64,000 nucleotides of DNA. Source: the human T2T-CHM13v2.0 reference genome, Homo sapiens. The stretch lies in assembly GCF_009914755.1 (NCBI RefSeq), contig NC_060947.1; one strand, written 5' to 3'. The position numbers were made by a program, and so were the translations under genes. The notes beneath the pieces were generated by a model. The model saw only the letters and a program-made list of their open reading frames with translations. It ran no database searches and was not told where the DNA came from. Shown here piece by piece: positions 18,569 to 39,461 of this stretch (its first letter is position 1; each line of letters begins with the position of its first letter).

Positions 18569-18613
18569 GTGTATTAATCAAGGTTCTCCAGAAAGATAAG
18601 AAAATATTAGGAG

Positions 18614-18693
<80 letters not shown>

Positions 18694-19213
18694 ATGCTCT
18701 GTACAGTCTTTGCAGCTGGTTAATAAATCAAAAATTATTCAAAAACAAAAGATTTCCAATTTAAACTATATATTGCATCATGATAAATTATCAGCAGTCT
18801 AGATGTTGCTATGGAGGTATATATAAATATATGTATACAGAGAGAGAGAGAGAGAGAGAAATTTTAAGGAATTGGTTTATGCAACTGTGGGGGTTGGCAA
18901 ATCCAAAATCTGTGGACCTGGTTGTAGGTTAGAAATTCAGGCAAAAGTTGATGTTGCAGTCTTGATTCTAAAGTCTGGAAACTCAAACAGATCCGTCTTC
19001 TTGGGGGAACTTTTGTCTTTTTCCTGAAGGCCTTCAACTAACTGGATGATGCTCACCCATCCTATGGAGGGTAAATCTGATTTACTAAAAGTCTACTGAT
19101 ATAAAATGTTAAATGACAGCTTAAAAATACCTCCACAGCAACATCTAGACTATTTGACCGAATAATTGGGCACCATAGCCTAGCCAAGTTCACACAGAAA
19201 ATTAATCATCACA
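18569..19213 (-). mobile_element. MLT2-type ERVL LTR, interrupted
   Basis: tgtattaatcaaggttctccaga...ggaattgg..atgcaactgtggggg..ggcaaatccaaaatctg...aaattaatcatcaca. Confidence 0.7.
18614..18689. repeat. (TG)n(TA)n compound microsatellite
   Basis: Seen directly; a (GA)n tract follows at about 18838-18859. Confidence 0.95.
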
Positions 19214-20249
19214 GAAAGTAAACTTACCAAGAGCTAATAAAAGCAAAATAATTCCAAAGTGGGTTGGATCAGAATGAAAATGATTGGGTATCTGAAAAAG
19301 GCTGGCAGGTGCCGCATGTGGGTGGAAGAGCCAGCAAGGTTGCAGATAATGTGAGTCTGCTGGAGCATAAAAATGGTGTCCGGAGTTAAGTCTGCAGTAA
19401 ATGTTGTAGGTAACTAAGAGCAGTCAGAGGCACACGAAGATGTCAGAACTGGTACTACTTAGGCTCCATTAAACCAATGCACTTCATCACATTGATTTTC
19501 ATTGTTTAATTTTCTTATACACTTATTCATTACATGCTGCTCTGCTCAGAGCATTTTGACTTCCTTGAACATTTATTTATTAGCTTGTTGGTGTTCATTT
19601 TGCTTGTAAGCTACATTATTCATTTCTGGAGTAACACTTCATACTAAGGCAGTTGTTGCTTGTTGATTGAACAGGCCAGTTGTAATTTCTCTGAACTCTA
19701 TAGTGATGTCAGTTTTCTTTAACCCAAGAAGGGCTGTTTGCACAAGTAAGTTGCTTTCACTCCTAGTTGTTTTTTCACTGCCAGTCAGGTACTCACCAAA
19801 CTTTGTATCTTCTTTAGTCTTCTATCATGACTTCATTATCCTGTGGGTCCACCAGTTATGTACGTGTATCTAAGTGAATTATTTTGTCCACGGGCTCTAC
19901 TATCTGATTTTTACATTCCCATATAGCACTTGCTGAAATTTAATTTTCTCCAAATTTGGTGACTTTGGATAATACCATAACTACTGTGGTTTTTAAACTC
20001 TTTGAAAGTCTTTGCGGCCTATAAAAAGCACAGGGCTTTAGAAAAGTAATTCTCACATATTGGTGTGTATAATTTAGAGACCATGTAAAATGTAGATGAC
20101 TGGCTCCACTTTGAAAAAATTATGATTTACTATATATGAGGACAGAGGGGCCACAAGTATGCATTTTAAAGAAGCTACATCTTTCTCTCTTATATGATTA
20201 ATAGTGATTTGCTGATAATTTATCATGATGCAATATATAGTTTAAATTG

Positions 20250-21788
<1,539 letters not shown>

Positions 21789-22789
21789 GTCTTATTGTTA
21801 AGTTTTAATAATTATTTATGTATTCTGGATATGAGTATTTTGTATAATATTCTACTTTGTAAAGTGGAAAAAAATGAAGTGGCTGTAAAGTACAAAAACT
21901 GTTTTAATGAACAGCCACATGAAAAATTTTGAAGATGCCCAGTTGACCTTTAGGAGCTTCAATGTGTGTTTTTCTCTGGGAATATTTAGAATATAGAAGT
22001 TTTATTCAAACCCTCACCCACTTTAGATAAGTGAGAACTCATATGAGCTTGCTAGTTAGAGTACTGTTATAGAGAATTGTTGAAATATTGGCTCTTGAAT
22101 TTAACATACATTCCATGGAATTTTTCCAAGTGAGAAAGTTAAAAACAAATCCATATCAAAATGGTCTTACCAACTTCACATTATGAAATCTACTAAATGT
22201 GTTGACAGTTTAACAGATTCTTATAATTGATAAATGAAAATATTTGTGACATATAAATAGATCTGTATGATTTCTGCTTCCCCTTTATTTAGACACTGAA
22301 AGTAGAATATTTTTATTTTCAAATAGTAGTAATCCTATATAAAATAACAATACTTTACTGGATGCTTATTCTGTGCCAGGCACTATACAAAATCATGTTA
22401 TATAGATTATCTTGATTTACACATAAACCATTTATTAGCGTTAATGGGAAACCTAAGAGGAATATATATTGTGTCTATTTTACAGAGGAGGAGCCACAGG
22501 GAAGAGAGGCATTGATCATGCCTTATTTACAAGGAGGAACTAGGGTATACCTGCTAGTAATGGTAGAAAACATTGTTCAGCTGCACTTAACAAGGGAAAT
22601 AAGAAATATTTCTTTTAAAAATGGACAAGAATGTACAGAAAAAATTATTATGTGATTAGAAAATAATATGGTTAAGGAATAATGCAAGCTGAATTTGTCT
22701 ATAATTACATTTTTTATAAAAAAATCTTTTTCATAGATATAGTTTTAAACACCATAAGAGAGAGAAAAATTTCACTGATGTTATTCAAA

Positions 22790-27298
<4,509 letters not shown>

Positions 27299-27425
27299 AT
27301 GGTTTTGAATTTACTAGTTAATTGGGTATTTCTTGCTCTCATTTTAAACATCAGTCAGAATTTATGATGACTGGCCCCAGGAATGTACAACGTTGGCAAC
27401 ATCTGTAAATTCAATACCTAATGTT

Positions 27426-27431
27426 TATAAA
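27426..27431 (+). terminator. Candidate variant polyadenylation signal (TATAAA) for FAM47C
   Basis: No AATAAA seen in the proximal 3' flank; TATAAA lies about 130 nt after the stop, followed by T-rich sequence. Confidence 0.35.
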
Positions 27432-27611
27432 TATTTCTTAATGACCTGCTTTGGCTTCATTACTTCATATATTTTATCATTTATATGATTAATATTCACA
27501 TATACTTTTTTCACACTTTTGAAGCATTGTGAATATTACATCATCATTTCAATTATTTGTAAAAATACATACAACCAGAAACAAAAGCAGAATTAATCTT
27601 AGAAAGAGAAA

Positions 27612-27885
27612 TGGGGTCGGGTGCGTTGACTCACACCTGTAATCCCTCCCGCCTTTGGGAGGCCCAGATGGGTGGATTGCTTGAGCCCAGGAGTTCAAGA
27701 GCAGCCTGGGCAACATGGTGAAACCTGGTCTCTACAAAAAAATGCAAAAATTAGCCAGGCATGGTGGCATGCACGTGTAGTTCCAGCTACCTGGGGGGCT
27801 GAGGTGGGAGGATGGCTTCATGCCACCACACAGCAGTCTCGGCGACAGAGCAAGACCCTGTCTCAAAAAACAAACAAACAAACCA
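27612..27885 (+). mobile_element. AluJ with internal deletion in right arm
   Basis: gcttgagcccaggagttcaag J-type diagnostics; ggatggcttca joins directly to tgccaccacac; (AAAC)n tail. Confidence 0.85.
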
Positions 27886-29580
27886 AATTTGCTGAGTGAA
27901 AGGATAATTCTATAACTCTTCTTATATGAAAATTCTAATGAAATAATTATGACAATTATTTTATTACTATAGCCAAAATAATGTTAACACTTTTTAATAG
28001 TAAAATTGTTATCTTCCCCCTTGTGATTCCATCAACCCCCCAAAACAAGTTTGAAAACTATTTATCAAAATCATAGTTGAAACTTGAGTTATGCCATTTT
28101 GTCATATCTCTCAATAGAATGTATGTATTTCACCATGTTCATAAACCTTCACAACAAAATACTATTACCAAATCATATAAACAAGTGCAGAATAGGAGGT
28201 AGCTTCAACTCCCTGGCAAATCTCATGTGCAAAATAGGATCTGTATGAGAAAAGCTACCAAGCAACATCAAATATCCTTACATATCTGTTCAAGTTAAAA
28301 TAATTTTCATTTCATTCATAGCAATTTAAAATGCACTCATAAGTTTAAAATGATAAATCAAGCATCTGCTTTACCTTTCAAAAATAGCAGGTAAAACTGT
28401 CTGATATAGGTAAATTTGTAGGTAAATATATTTGTAGTGTAGATCTGAAGTGCACTTTTTCTTTCAGTGACGAAAGTGTCCATCTGTAAATGGATGTATA
28501 TGCATATATTTCATCCAACTAAGCAGTGATATATAGATCTGTGTATGTGCAAATTCTGTTTCTAGTGAAGTTTGTCTTGTGGGTATTATGTTCCTGAAGA
28601 ACCAAGTATTTTCTATGTTGTTTTCTAAGCCAAGGCCTAGAATTTCTCTTCAAATTCATCATCATAAACTTAGGTTCATGTCACCACTATCTCTTATTGT
28701 ATTTCTGCAACGGTTTCCAACCTGTGTCTCTTCTCGAGTATATTTTTGCAAAATACAAGCATGGCTTGTTAATTCTCCAGGCTCATCTAAACTTATCTAG
28801 GTACATAAACACTCACACACACATGCACACACACACACTCACATGCTCCTGCATTCCAGACTCCAGTTAATATTCCTTTTCTTACCTCTGTGTGTTTCTT
28901 GTGTCTTTGTACATAATCTTCTCTACTGTTAGGACTTCACTCAGGCCATGTAATCCTGTTTCAGTGCTTTCCTCATCGAGGTCAATTTCATGATTACTTT
29001 TATTAAGATCTTATATCTGTAGACAAGGACCCACATTTTCCAGCTGTCTTCCACTGAAGAACTTACATCAGTATCCTAGAGAAATGAGTCATTAATGCCT
29101 TCAAAATAAGGGAAAATCCCATACTTATTTATTACAACTTCTGAGAGGCCAATACCATGCCTTATGGCTCAGAGTTATCTGGTTTCTGAGGTTCTCCACT
29201 GAAGCCTTGGGCTTCATGCAGCAGCATTCAATGTTCAGTTCCTTTCAGCAAGAGACAGACCTACTTTTTCACATTTGGTTGTGTGACCTTGAGCTTCATG
29301 GAGGATGTATCCTCATTTACACAATGGACACCATATCATCAAACTCAAATTCTGGTGAGACTTAATTACTTATTGGAGTGCCTAATGCCTCAGGCATCAC
29401 AGAATTAATACAAAACCTGCATTTGTGGAAGAGAAGGAGGGAGTTGGAAAGGAAGAAGGGTACTAAAAATATCACAACAGAAATACACTATACAAACATA
29501 ACTTTTTGATGGTGTTTATCTGGTGATAGCCTTCACCTATATCACACACAATCTTAGCCATTGCTTAACATGAAAAAGTA

Positions 29581-29612
29581 GGGCTTGCTTTGGCTGCACA
29601 TATACTAACATT
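29581..29612 (+). pseudogene. 3'-truncated U6 snRNA retrocopy
   Basis: gggcttgctttggctgcacatatactaacatt vs U6 GTGCTCGCTTCGGCAGCACATATACTAAAATT (27/32); flanked by aacatgaaaaagta and aagatgaaaaagtg. Confidence 0.8.
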
Positions 29613-30139
29613 AAGATGAAAAAGTGTAAATGCAAAATAAGAGCCACTGGTTATGGTTTCTATTGCTTCTTGGTAATGGCTACTTCCAGGAAAATAAACT
29701 TTCCTCACAGAAATTATGTGGGTTTCTCTACACTGTAATTACACACATTGGTATTAGTTGTCATACAGATATAAACAGAAACAATGTTTGATCTATTTGG
29801 ATTTTTAACACCAGTTGGACTTCTGAAAACATCCTGACTTCAAATCCATAGGTTTTAGAAAGAGAGAGAATTCAAGAGAGCTTGATATGTAACTGTGCCT
29901 GTGTAGCCTAAAGCTATGAATGGTATATTCCATAAATACTGTAGTAATCAATTGTATTACAGCATCACATAGGTTTCACAAAAGCTTTGGAGAATTTGGC
30001 TGTAGGAATATGTGATTTAACAAAGATGAAGGGAATTATTTTCATTTCTGAGAGTCTGAATGAATGAGCAAGGCTTTTGGAGCTAGGCAAAAATGAGTTC
30101 ACATCCCAGTGCTGCCATGTTCTTATCATATAGCTTTAG

Positions 30140-31220
30140 GCAGAGGCAGAACAGGTGGAGGGAAGATACAGAGGGTGGGCTGAAGGGGGAGGAAGCTAGG
30201 AACCCTTTCTAGGGCTAGTGCACACTGGAATGTGTTCCTGGCCCCCAGTGACTCCTACAGAGGGGATGAGTTTAACAGGCAAGGAGCTACCCACTCTCAC
30301 TGTGGGCCTTTGGAATCTTAGCAAGAGGAGACCCTAGACCACCATGGACACTTGAGTTGTCAGGGAAAGCTACTTAGAGAAGTGGTAGCGGTAGAACTCC
30401 AGCCACAGGCAGAGCACAGAGGGTGTCCTGTGGGAGCAACTGTAGTGGAGCACTGTCAGAGATGTGCATCCCCCTAGGCTAGAATTGCTTGCACAGGATA
30501 ATTTTGCCCTAGGGGAACCTTTGGACCTGAACTCTGCAGGGCAGTCTTACCCAGGAGACAGGACTAGGCCAACCTGAGCACCTCTCAGTCTGCTGGCCTC
30601 CTGCGGGGCCCCAGCCTGGCCACAGCTGCTTGCAGCACAGCTGCTAGGTGCCTCTTGGAGCCCACATTATAGCTGGTGGACCACACCTGACTGGCAGAGT
30701 GCTCCAGCCGAGTGGCCTCTGAAAACACATAACAGCTCGTTTGCACCCATGGCCACCCTCCACATCACTATGCTGGTGCATATATGCCCAGGCAGACCTA
30801 GCCTTCTCTTCCCCGCCAGCACAATGGTACACCTGCACCCTACCTTGCCACTGCTGCTGGAGTGAGTGCACCTCCTCCCCCCACCCCCAACCCCACCACA
30901 CCACCATTGTCTTCAGAACATTGGTGGGCACAGAGCCACCCAGCCCCCACTGTCAGCACGCTGCCCATGAACCTGGGCCACCAGAGCAAAACTAGGCATG
31001 GAAAACAGTAGACTAGCCCCTAGCCTTGAGCGGCTGCTGCTGCCAGCATGAACGTGCACAGAGGGTGCACACAGTCCTGCACCCACCAATGCACCCACCT
31101 CCATGCTATAACCACCAGCTGCAGGGACATGCACACAGTCCCAGTGGGGGCTCCTCACCCCCACCAAGCCATACTGCCACCACTGCTGCTTCAAATACTC
31201 ACATCAAGACTAGCACCCCG
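30140..31220 (+). mobile_element. L1 5'UTR-like segment (L1PB/L1MA-era)
   Basis: GC-richer block with repeated ccactgctgc motifs typical of old L1 promoters, contiguous with L1 ORF2. Confidence 0.55.
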
Positions 31221-31328
31221 GCCATGGAAATAAAAAGGATTATAAGAGACTACTAAGAATAATTGTATACCAACAAATTGGAAAACCTGGAAGAAATGGA
31301 TAAATTCTTATAAATGTATAACCTACTA

Positions 31329-31757
<429 letters not shown>

Positions 31758-32668
31758 TCATAGGGGAATTCTACCAAACATCTAAGGGAAGATTAAGGCC
31801 AATCTTTCTTGAAATCCTCCAAAAAAATTTAAAAGATAGAATACTTCCAAACTCATTTTATGAGGCCAGCATTATCTAACAGGAAAGCCAAAAAAAAAGA
31901 CACTACAAGAAAAGAAAACTACGGGCCAATATTCTTGAATATAGATGCAAAAATCCTCGAAAAATAATAGCAAACTGAATTTAACACATTGAAAGGATTA
32001 TATACGACAAACAAGTGATATTTATCCCTAGGATGTAAGGATGGCTCAACATACGCAAATCAATAATGTAACACATTAACAGAACAAAGAATAAAAATTA
32101 CATGATTGTCTTAATAGATTCAAAAAACTATTTTTAAAAATTCAATTTTATTATAATAAAGGCATTCAACAAACCTAGAATACAAGGAAATTCCCTCAAC
32201 ATAATAAAGGCTGTATATGAAAAGTCCACAGCAAATATCATACTCAGTGGTGAAAAACTGAAACTTTTCCTCTAAGACCAGGAACAAGCAAAGACGCACA
32301 CCCTTGCCACTATTATTCAACATATTTATCAGAGCAGTTAGGCAAGACAGAGAAATAAAAGTGCCTAAGTTGGAAAGGAAGAAGTTAAATTGTCCCTATT
32401 TGCAGATGACATGATCTTATATATAGAAAGCCTTAAAGATGTAACCAAAATAATAATAATAATAAGAAGAAGAAGAACAAATAAATGAATTTAGTAAAGT
32501 TACAGGTAAGGAAATCAATATACAAAATTTAGTCGTGTTTTTATACACTAACAATGAGCTGTCTGAAACGAATTAAGAAAATAATCTCATTTATAATAGT
32601 ATCAAAAAGAACAAATTCTTAGAAATACTTAACCAAAGAGGTGAATGACATGTACTTTGAAAACCATA

Positions 32669-33062
32669 TGCTATGGTTTGTATGTAGTTTGTCTCCACGA
32701 AAATTCATGTTGAAATTTAATTGCCAGTGTAATGGTATTGGGAGGTAGTAACTTTAAAAGGTGATTAGGTAATGGCTTTCTCACAGGAGTGAGTTCTTGG
32801 TCTTGTGAGACTGATTTCATTATCATGAGAGTAGGTTGTTATAAAGTAAGCCTGCCTCTCATGTTTGGCCTCTTTGCATGTGCCTGCTTCCCCTTCCAAT
32901 TCTCTGCCATGTTATGACACACAAAGCCCTCACCAGAAGTTGGCCACATACAGCCACCTGATCTTGGACCTCCCATCCTCTACAATTGTGAGCTAAATAA
33001 ACCTCTTTACTTTATAAGTTACCCAGGTATTCTGTTGTAGCAACAGAAAACAGACTAAGACA
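32669..33062 (+). mobile_element. MST-type MaLR solo LTR
   Basis: tgctatggtttg...aaattcatgttgaaat...aataaacctct...gcaacagaaaacagactaagaca. Confidence 0.85.
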
Positions 33063-33714
33063 ACGTATAACGTTGATTAAATAAATTAAAGAAGCCATGA
33101 ATAAATGGAAAGGCATCTCATGTTCATGGATAGGAAAAACATTTTTAAAATGTCCAATAACTCAAAGCAATCTATAATTCAATGCAATCCCTATCAAAAT
33201 CCTTATGATATTTTTTACAGAAATAGAAAAAAAATCCTAAAATTCATATGGAACCACCAAGAACTCTGAATAGCAACATGAAAGAACATTATTTCTCTTT
33301 GTTCTTCAGAAAAACAGAACAAAACTAAAGGCTTCATGTTTCCTAATTTAAAAATATATTACAAAGCTACAGTAATAAAAAAAACAGTATGGTACTGGCA
33401 TAAAGACAGACATATAAACCAATGAAACAGACTAGAAATCCAGAAATAAACCTGCCCATATATGATCAACTACGAAGAATAAACAATGCAAAAAGGGTAC
33501 TCTCTTCAATAAGGTGGTGGGAATACTGTATAGCCACATGCAAAAGAATGATCAGATCCTTCTCTTGCACCATATACAAAAATAAACTCAAGATAGAATA
33601 AGGACTTAAATGTGAGACCTGAAACTCTAAAACTCCTAGAAGAAAACATAGAGGGAAAGCTTTATAACTTTTGCCATGACAATTATTTCTTGGAATTCTC
33701 ACTTTGTGAGATTT

Positions 33715-34205
33715 AGTGGAGGTCAGACCTCACTTCCTTTTACATAATTGAAAATGCCACATTCAGATTTTTCACAACTTTCCTTGCAGCTAGGATGTGA
33801 GTACATGACAACATTCTGCCAATCAGATGCTCTTGTCAGTACTATCAGGCTTTGAATTGAAGCTAACCATGTCAAATATCTGTGACTATGGAGATTCACC
33901 TTGGGTGGAAAGTTTGGCTGTCTCAAGATCGAATTCCCAGGGAAGCAGAGACAGGGTCTTAGTGGCAGCATGAAATGTCCCATGCTGTGGTAGTTCTGAC
34001 ACAAACTGTATCATCTATTACATAGTGATGGTGGCAACTGAGTCCTCAATAGGCTTTTATGTGGGGTGATTTAGAGCGACATTCCTGCCCCTCAGCCTCT
34101 GCCCAGCTTTCCAGCCCTCCCAGAGTTTCAGTGAGCTACACAATTTTCTTTTAATAAATTCCTTTTCTGTTTAAATCAGCAAAAGTTATTTTCAGACTGA
34201 TATAA
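33715..34205 (+). mobile_element. Old ERVL LTR (LTR33-like)
   Basis: ccttgcagctaggatgtg..catgac..ttctgccaatcagatgc...ttaataaattccttttctg. Confidence 0.5.
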
Positions 34206-34835
34206 CCTCTGATCTTTGTAAGTGTCCAGGGTTTCTCTTTTTTCCTGATCTTCGTTGTTCTAACTTTTTCAGTTTGAAATTAATTTTCTTCAATGAAAAA
34301 ATAAAGATAAAAGAAATGGAATAGTTTTGCCTTCCTTCTATCAACTGTTATGAAACAACCAATACTCCTGTAACTTTTTGTCCCTTCTTTCTCAGAGAAT
34401 AAAAGAAAGGAATTGTGTCTTCTTTTTGCATGCTTACTTAATAATCCTAAACTCTCCCTGCCTTTCTGATGCCATTCTGGGGCTTCATGCCATTCCTCCA
34501 ATTCATATTTGGTTAGTTGCCTCCATCTCATCTTTGTGTTTTTAAGATCTTTGTCTTTCAGCAAATTCTCTCTGCAACTCCAATGAACTCTTCAGCTGCC
34601 TCTGTATTAGGCAGGAACTCAACTCGCCCTGAATTTCTCCAAAAGAGAACTGATGGGTTGAAACCAAGAGATCCTGGCATGGCTTACACTAAGCGCTAAA
34701 ATAATGATGTGAAATTTTTCTCCCTTTCTCCTGCCTCCTCTTCCTCCTTGTCCTCTCCTCACCCCAGGTTGGATTCATTTTGAGGCAGGCTTTTTCTACA
34801 GTTTAGCAATCTTCGTAGAAAAAGAGTGTTTCTCT

Positions 34836-35050
34836 GTGGACACATAAAGGGGAACCACAGACACTGGGGTGGTGGACAGTGGGAGGAGGGAGAGGATCAG
34901 GAAAAATAACTGATGGGTACAAGGCTTAATACCTGGGTGACAAAATGATTTGTACAACAAACCCCCATGACATGTGTTTACCTATATAACAAACCTGCAC
35001 ATGTGCCTCGAACTTAAAATAAAAGTTAAATTTAATAAATAAATAAAATG
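34836..35050 (+). mobile_element. Short L1PA 3' end inserted in an old MaLR
   Basis: gggaggagggagaggatcaggaaaaataac...aacttaaaataaaag with A-rich tail; TSD aaaa(a/g)gagtgtttctct near 34819 and 35053. Confidence 0.88.
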
Positions 35051-38000
35051 AAGAAAAGGAGTGTTTCTCTCAAGATTTTGACTCTCTTTGGCCTAGTTTT
35101 GGTCACATGCCCATTCCAGAATGAATCTGGTTGGCCAAGCTTTGGTCACATGCTTATGCCTGGGAACATGTTATGAGAGTGGGAAAGAAGTGATTCCCCA
35201 ATGAAAATTTAGGGTGTTGATGCCAAAGCAAAGGCTGTGGGCTGCTGGGCAAGCAAAATCTTCCCAGTTTGTCTGAGTGTTTCCCCCCAACACTTGCAAA
35301 GTAACTGTCAAAGAGTTTATTCTTGTCTGTGAGAATTTTGAAATAACTGCTTCCCAAACATGAGCCCAGACTTATCCAGGATCTACGTCAGACAATGTGT
35401 ATGACAACAATGTACTACTCTTCCTATTCCTAACACTTCTGAATCACCACCATCACTACCCAGTTTTTCCTTGTGGTTAATATTAAGTCAACATCAGTGG
35501 TTCCCATTACTCTTACTTTCCATTGACAGATAATACATTTATTTGGGGTAGACAACAATGTATCAGGTAATCTGTCTTTAGTACAATGAGATTTCTGCAA
35601 GTGCCCAGTGGCTGAAACCCTCCATCATCACTGAACCAGTTTTGCTATAATGCTAAGCTAATTGGAAAGCATTACAGGTAAAAACACCTCAAAGTTCTCA
35701 ATCTCCTCCAAGTTTTACTTATCCTTTTCCACCAAGAAGGAAGATTCGATAAAAAATTTATTTCCGGTTTTTCCATACACTAGTATGTGACCTTAAGCAA
35801 GTCTTCTCTACTTTTTAGCATCTCAGATTTTAAATCTATTTTAGAAGTTGGTTGTAAGCTAAAGTGCGGTAAAAATATAATAAAATAATTTTAAAAATAA
35901 GAGATTATAAGATCTTAGCTATACTTATTAAACTGTTTTAGTTTGAAATTCAAATCAAGCAAATTTGGACAATTTATTGGCTCACAAAATCAAGGGAATG
36001 ACAGGGAAATAGCTAAGCAGAAAAGACAACTGGAATTAGGAACTTGAGTGTTGTTAGAACAGTCTCATTCTGTTTGTATTCCTCTAAGCCTAGGGGAATA
36101 TGGCTGCCTCACAATTCACAGTGTTCTCCATCAAAGGGAAACTGAGACATATTCCACTGATTCAATTTAATAAGCTCCTACTACATAACCGTCATTATTC
36201 AAGGTGATACACATACATCAGAGAGCAAAACAAAGTTCCGGATCCTCACGTAGCACCCCATCCAGTGGCCATAAATTTAAAATTCTAAGGAAGAACTCTC
36301 TTTAGCTCTGTTTGAGTCATAGGCTTACTCCTGGGCCAATGAGTGATGGTCAAGTGGAGCTCAAGTGGAACTTGATAAATGGAATGGTCTTATCTCTAGA
36401 AATTTAGATTCAAAGAATGGATCCTGAGAATTTGTGTTTTTAACAAGCCCTCCCAAGTGATTGTGATATAGGTAATTATTGAAAGAAACAGGAAAACACT
36501 TTTCTCTTGCACAAAGGCACCATCATTTTTTGGCCTTATCTTAGAAAGTCACATTTCTGTCTACATACCCTGATGCTAGTAGCATGCTATCCTCCAGTAA
36601 TACTTTCTCGTACCTTTGTATTAAGGGCCAACCATGACGATGAATGAAGAACTATACAGTGAAAATAGCAACAACCACATTGAAACAATTGTGGACTTTT
36701 ATAAAGAGCTGGCCTGAGGCAGCAACTCAGGCATGGGGAAGCTCATGGAAAAAATGACTTTTCTTTAACACGTGTGACAAGTGATAAAAAAAAATACTTT
36801 AGGTCTTTAGAATTTCTGCAACAGCTTTTTCTTTTGGTCATGCTATATGTTTATGGAAGCCTAATTTGCATGGAAATTTGTTGAAGGTGGAGATCAGTTT
36901 AGTCTCATAGGTTGACTTCTGAAATTCAATGTCCAAGTGCTTGATGGGAAGAATATTCCAAGGCATTGTAGGCAACTGAGTCAAAGCAAACATACTCAGG
37001 AAGGGCCACTTTCCCTCTCCAGGGGTATGTCCCTGCTAGGCGATAGAGAAAAGGTGCATTTTGCTTGTCAGCCAGGTTGCTAATTTCATTTGCATGCTAT
37101 GAGAGTTTTGCATGTCTGTAGCCCAAATGTGGCTGAACTGAAAATATGTTAGGGAAACAGAATTCATGAAAGGAAATTGAGTAAGACTGGTTTGGATGGC
37201 AAAGAAAAGAGATTTGATGAAATCTCTTGTCTCGTTTTTCATTTCTAATTATGGCTTTTTGAAAAATCTGTCAGATTACATTTGAATAATTTTAGTAGGC
37301 ATTAATCACAAAATAGTCCAAAAGACAGAATTTGCAGTAGTACAATTATTTTCACCATTTCTTACTTTAAACTGCTTTTTATGATGAATTCATTTCAAAG
37401 AAAATTTCACTTGGTTTTAAGTCATAAGACTTTTAAATATTTGTTCTGCCTTCCCAGAAAAATAATCGTTCAAGAATATATGGTTTAAGTTCTTCAGATA
37501 TCACATTTGACTTAATTAATGCATATGTCTATAAAATGAATGTGTATTCTATCCTATTTGAGAAAACACAACATCTTTGAGCACTTACTCTGTATAGGAG
37601 TCTGTGAGGCATTGGATCAGGGAGAGGGCAGAGAAAAGGGGCACAATGGGAATAAATCAGTTCCCATTCATAAGGACCCTTTAACACAATGGAAAGTACA
37701 GATGTATAAAAACATAAATGACTAATTGATAAATGCAAAATAAAAAAGTATTAAAGAATGCTGAGTGTGTAAAACTCTGTGTATGTATTTTTATATATTT
37801 ATGCAGAAATATAGCATTAAAAGTGCTTTCAGTCATGATTCTCAGAAACAGACCCTGAGAAGATGATTGGCATGCAACTGATTTATTAATGATATTCTTG
37901 GAGGGCTTGGGGGACTGCTAATGGGAATGAGAGAAGCAAAAAGGAAAAGATAAAATGACAAGTCAAAGTACCATTTTAGATCCAGTCTCACAGAGGGTAG

Positions 38001-39461
38001 CTTCAACATGTTATCAGGAGTAAACTCTGGAGTGTAAGTTACCCTTCAGAGTTGTCCGAATCTGAATCAAAGAAGCTATGATTTCATACTTCCGCATCTA
38101 CAATCACTGAAAAGCAGTTCCTTTAGCCTGAGTGGCATTTTCCTCCTGAAGAAAAGCTCCAGATGTTGGCCTGGTTGTTGAAAGCACACCAAAGTGAGGA
38201 AGGGCTAGGAAAACTCCTAAAAAGTGATACTTGTGCCCTCCACAGCAAATGTGGAATATTTTGCCTAATTGCAAAATATACATTATCTCTTTTTGTAAGT
38301 CATTATCATACCATGATATTTCCACTTAATCCTGCTAAGGAAAATACTTTCATATTTTCATGCCCTACTGTAGACATTTAAAACATATAATGCCTTAGAG
38401 TAGATATTTTAAATGATTTACTGTTGAAGTAATAAGTTAATGAAAAAAGTTAATGCATAAAAAGGTAAAAGTCCTATTCTGGTAATATGAAATTTTCCTT
38501 GGAAGCCATATAGATGAAATAAGAGACTATAGTTCAGGAATTTACAGAATGCATTATTTAAAATTTTTCCTTTAAACAGTAACTGTCTCATAAAAAATGC
38601 ATCTCATAACTATCATTTTCAAAACCAGATGCTTTCTGGTGGTTTTCTATTTTGCCTGACTAGAAACTATGCCATGTACATGGCAAATCTCCATGCGGGG
38701 AGATGATTTTTGGTTTCAATTATTGATCCATTTTATACATATTTATGGAGGGCTTAGGAGTCCTAGATGTTCAAGGACATCTGGTCCCTCTTCTGAAGGA
38801 GCGCCCAGAGTAGGAGGGGCTACAGCACCCACGGCAGATTAATTCTAATCAGAGGAGGTGGCATACAGGATGGACCCTCACCTGAGGGCACTTAGGGTGA
38901 GCTGCACAGGGTCAGTATTTGAATGCTAAATTTGCATTTTCCAGGTGAGGAAGGAGGGACAAAGACATTCCAGCTGAGACGTTTTCCCATTTGAAGGCAG
39001 AAATAACAATAGCTAGCTAATATTTATTGAGGGCTCTCTTTGTGCCCAGCACTGTGTAATATGAATCAACATGGATTTGTGAAAGACCATGGGATTTTGC
39101 AGCAATCTGACTAAAGTAAGTAGAATCTGATTGTGAAGGGTCTCATGGAATGAGGTTCATAAATGGTGTCAGAGTAATCAATATTATTAATGAACTGATT
39201 TCCTGGGGTAATGAGGAACTCCTAACACGAAACAGAATCATCCCTTGCCTTTGGGAGATCATTACATCTCCTTTGGGAGATGCAAACATGCATCTACTTT
39301 GGACACAAAAGACTATTCACACCCATGGCCTTAGAATCAGAAACCGTTAAACACAAATGCTCATGACTATCTGCCTCAAACACAGCAAAACGGAGGTTGG
39401 AACAAAGGTAACACTCATGACCTTGATCTTATTAACCCCAATGATTCATTTGAGCACTCTA

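Noticed and set aside
35088-35153. 23-bp imperfect direct repeat (ttggcc.ag.tttggtcacatgc)
   Set aside because: Small local duplication inside an old MaLR LTR; no sign of function.
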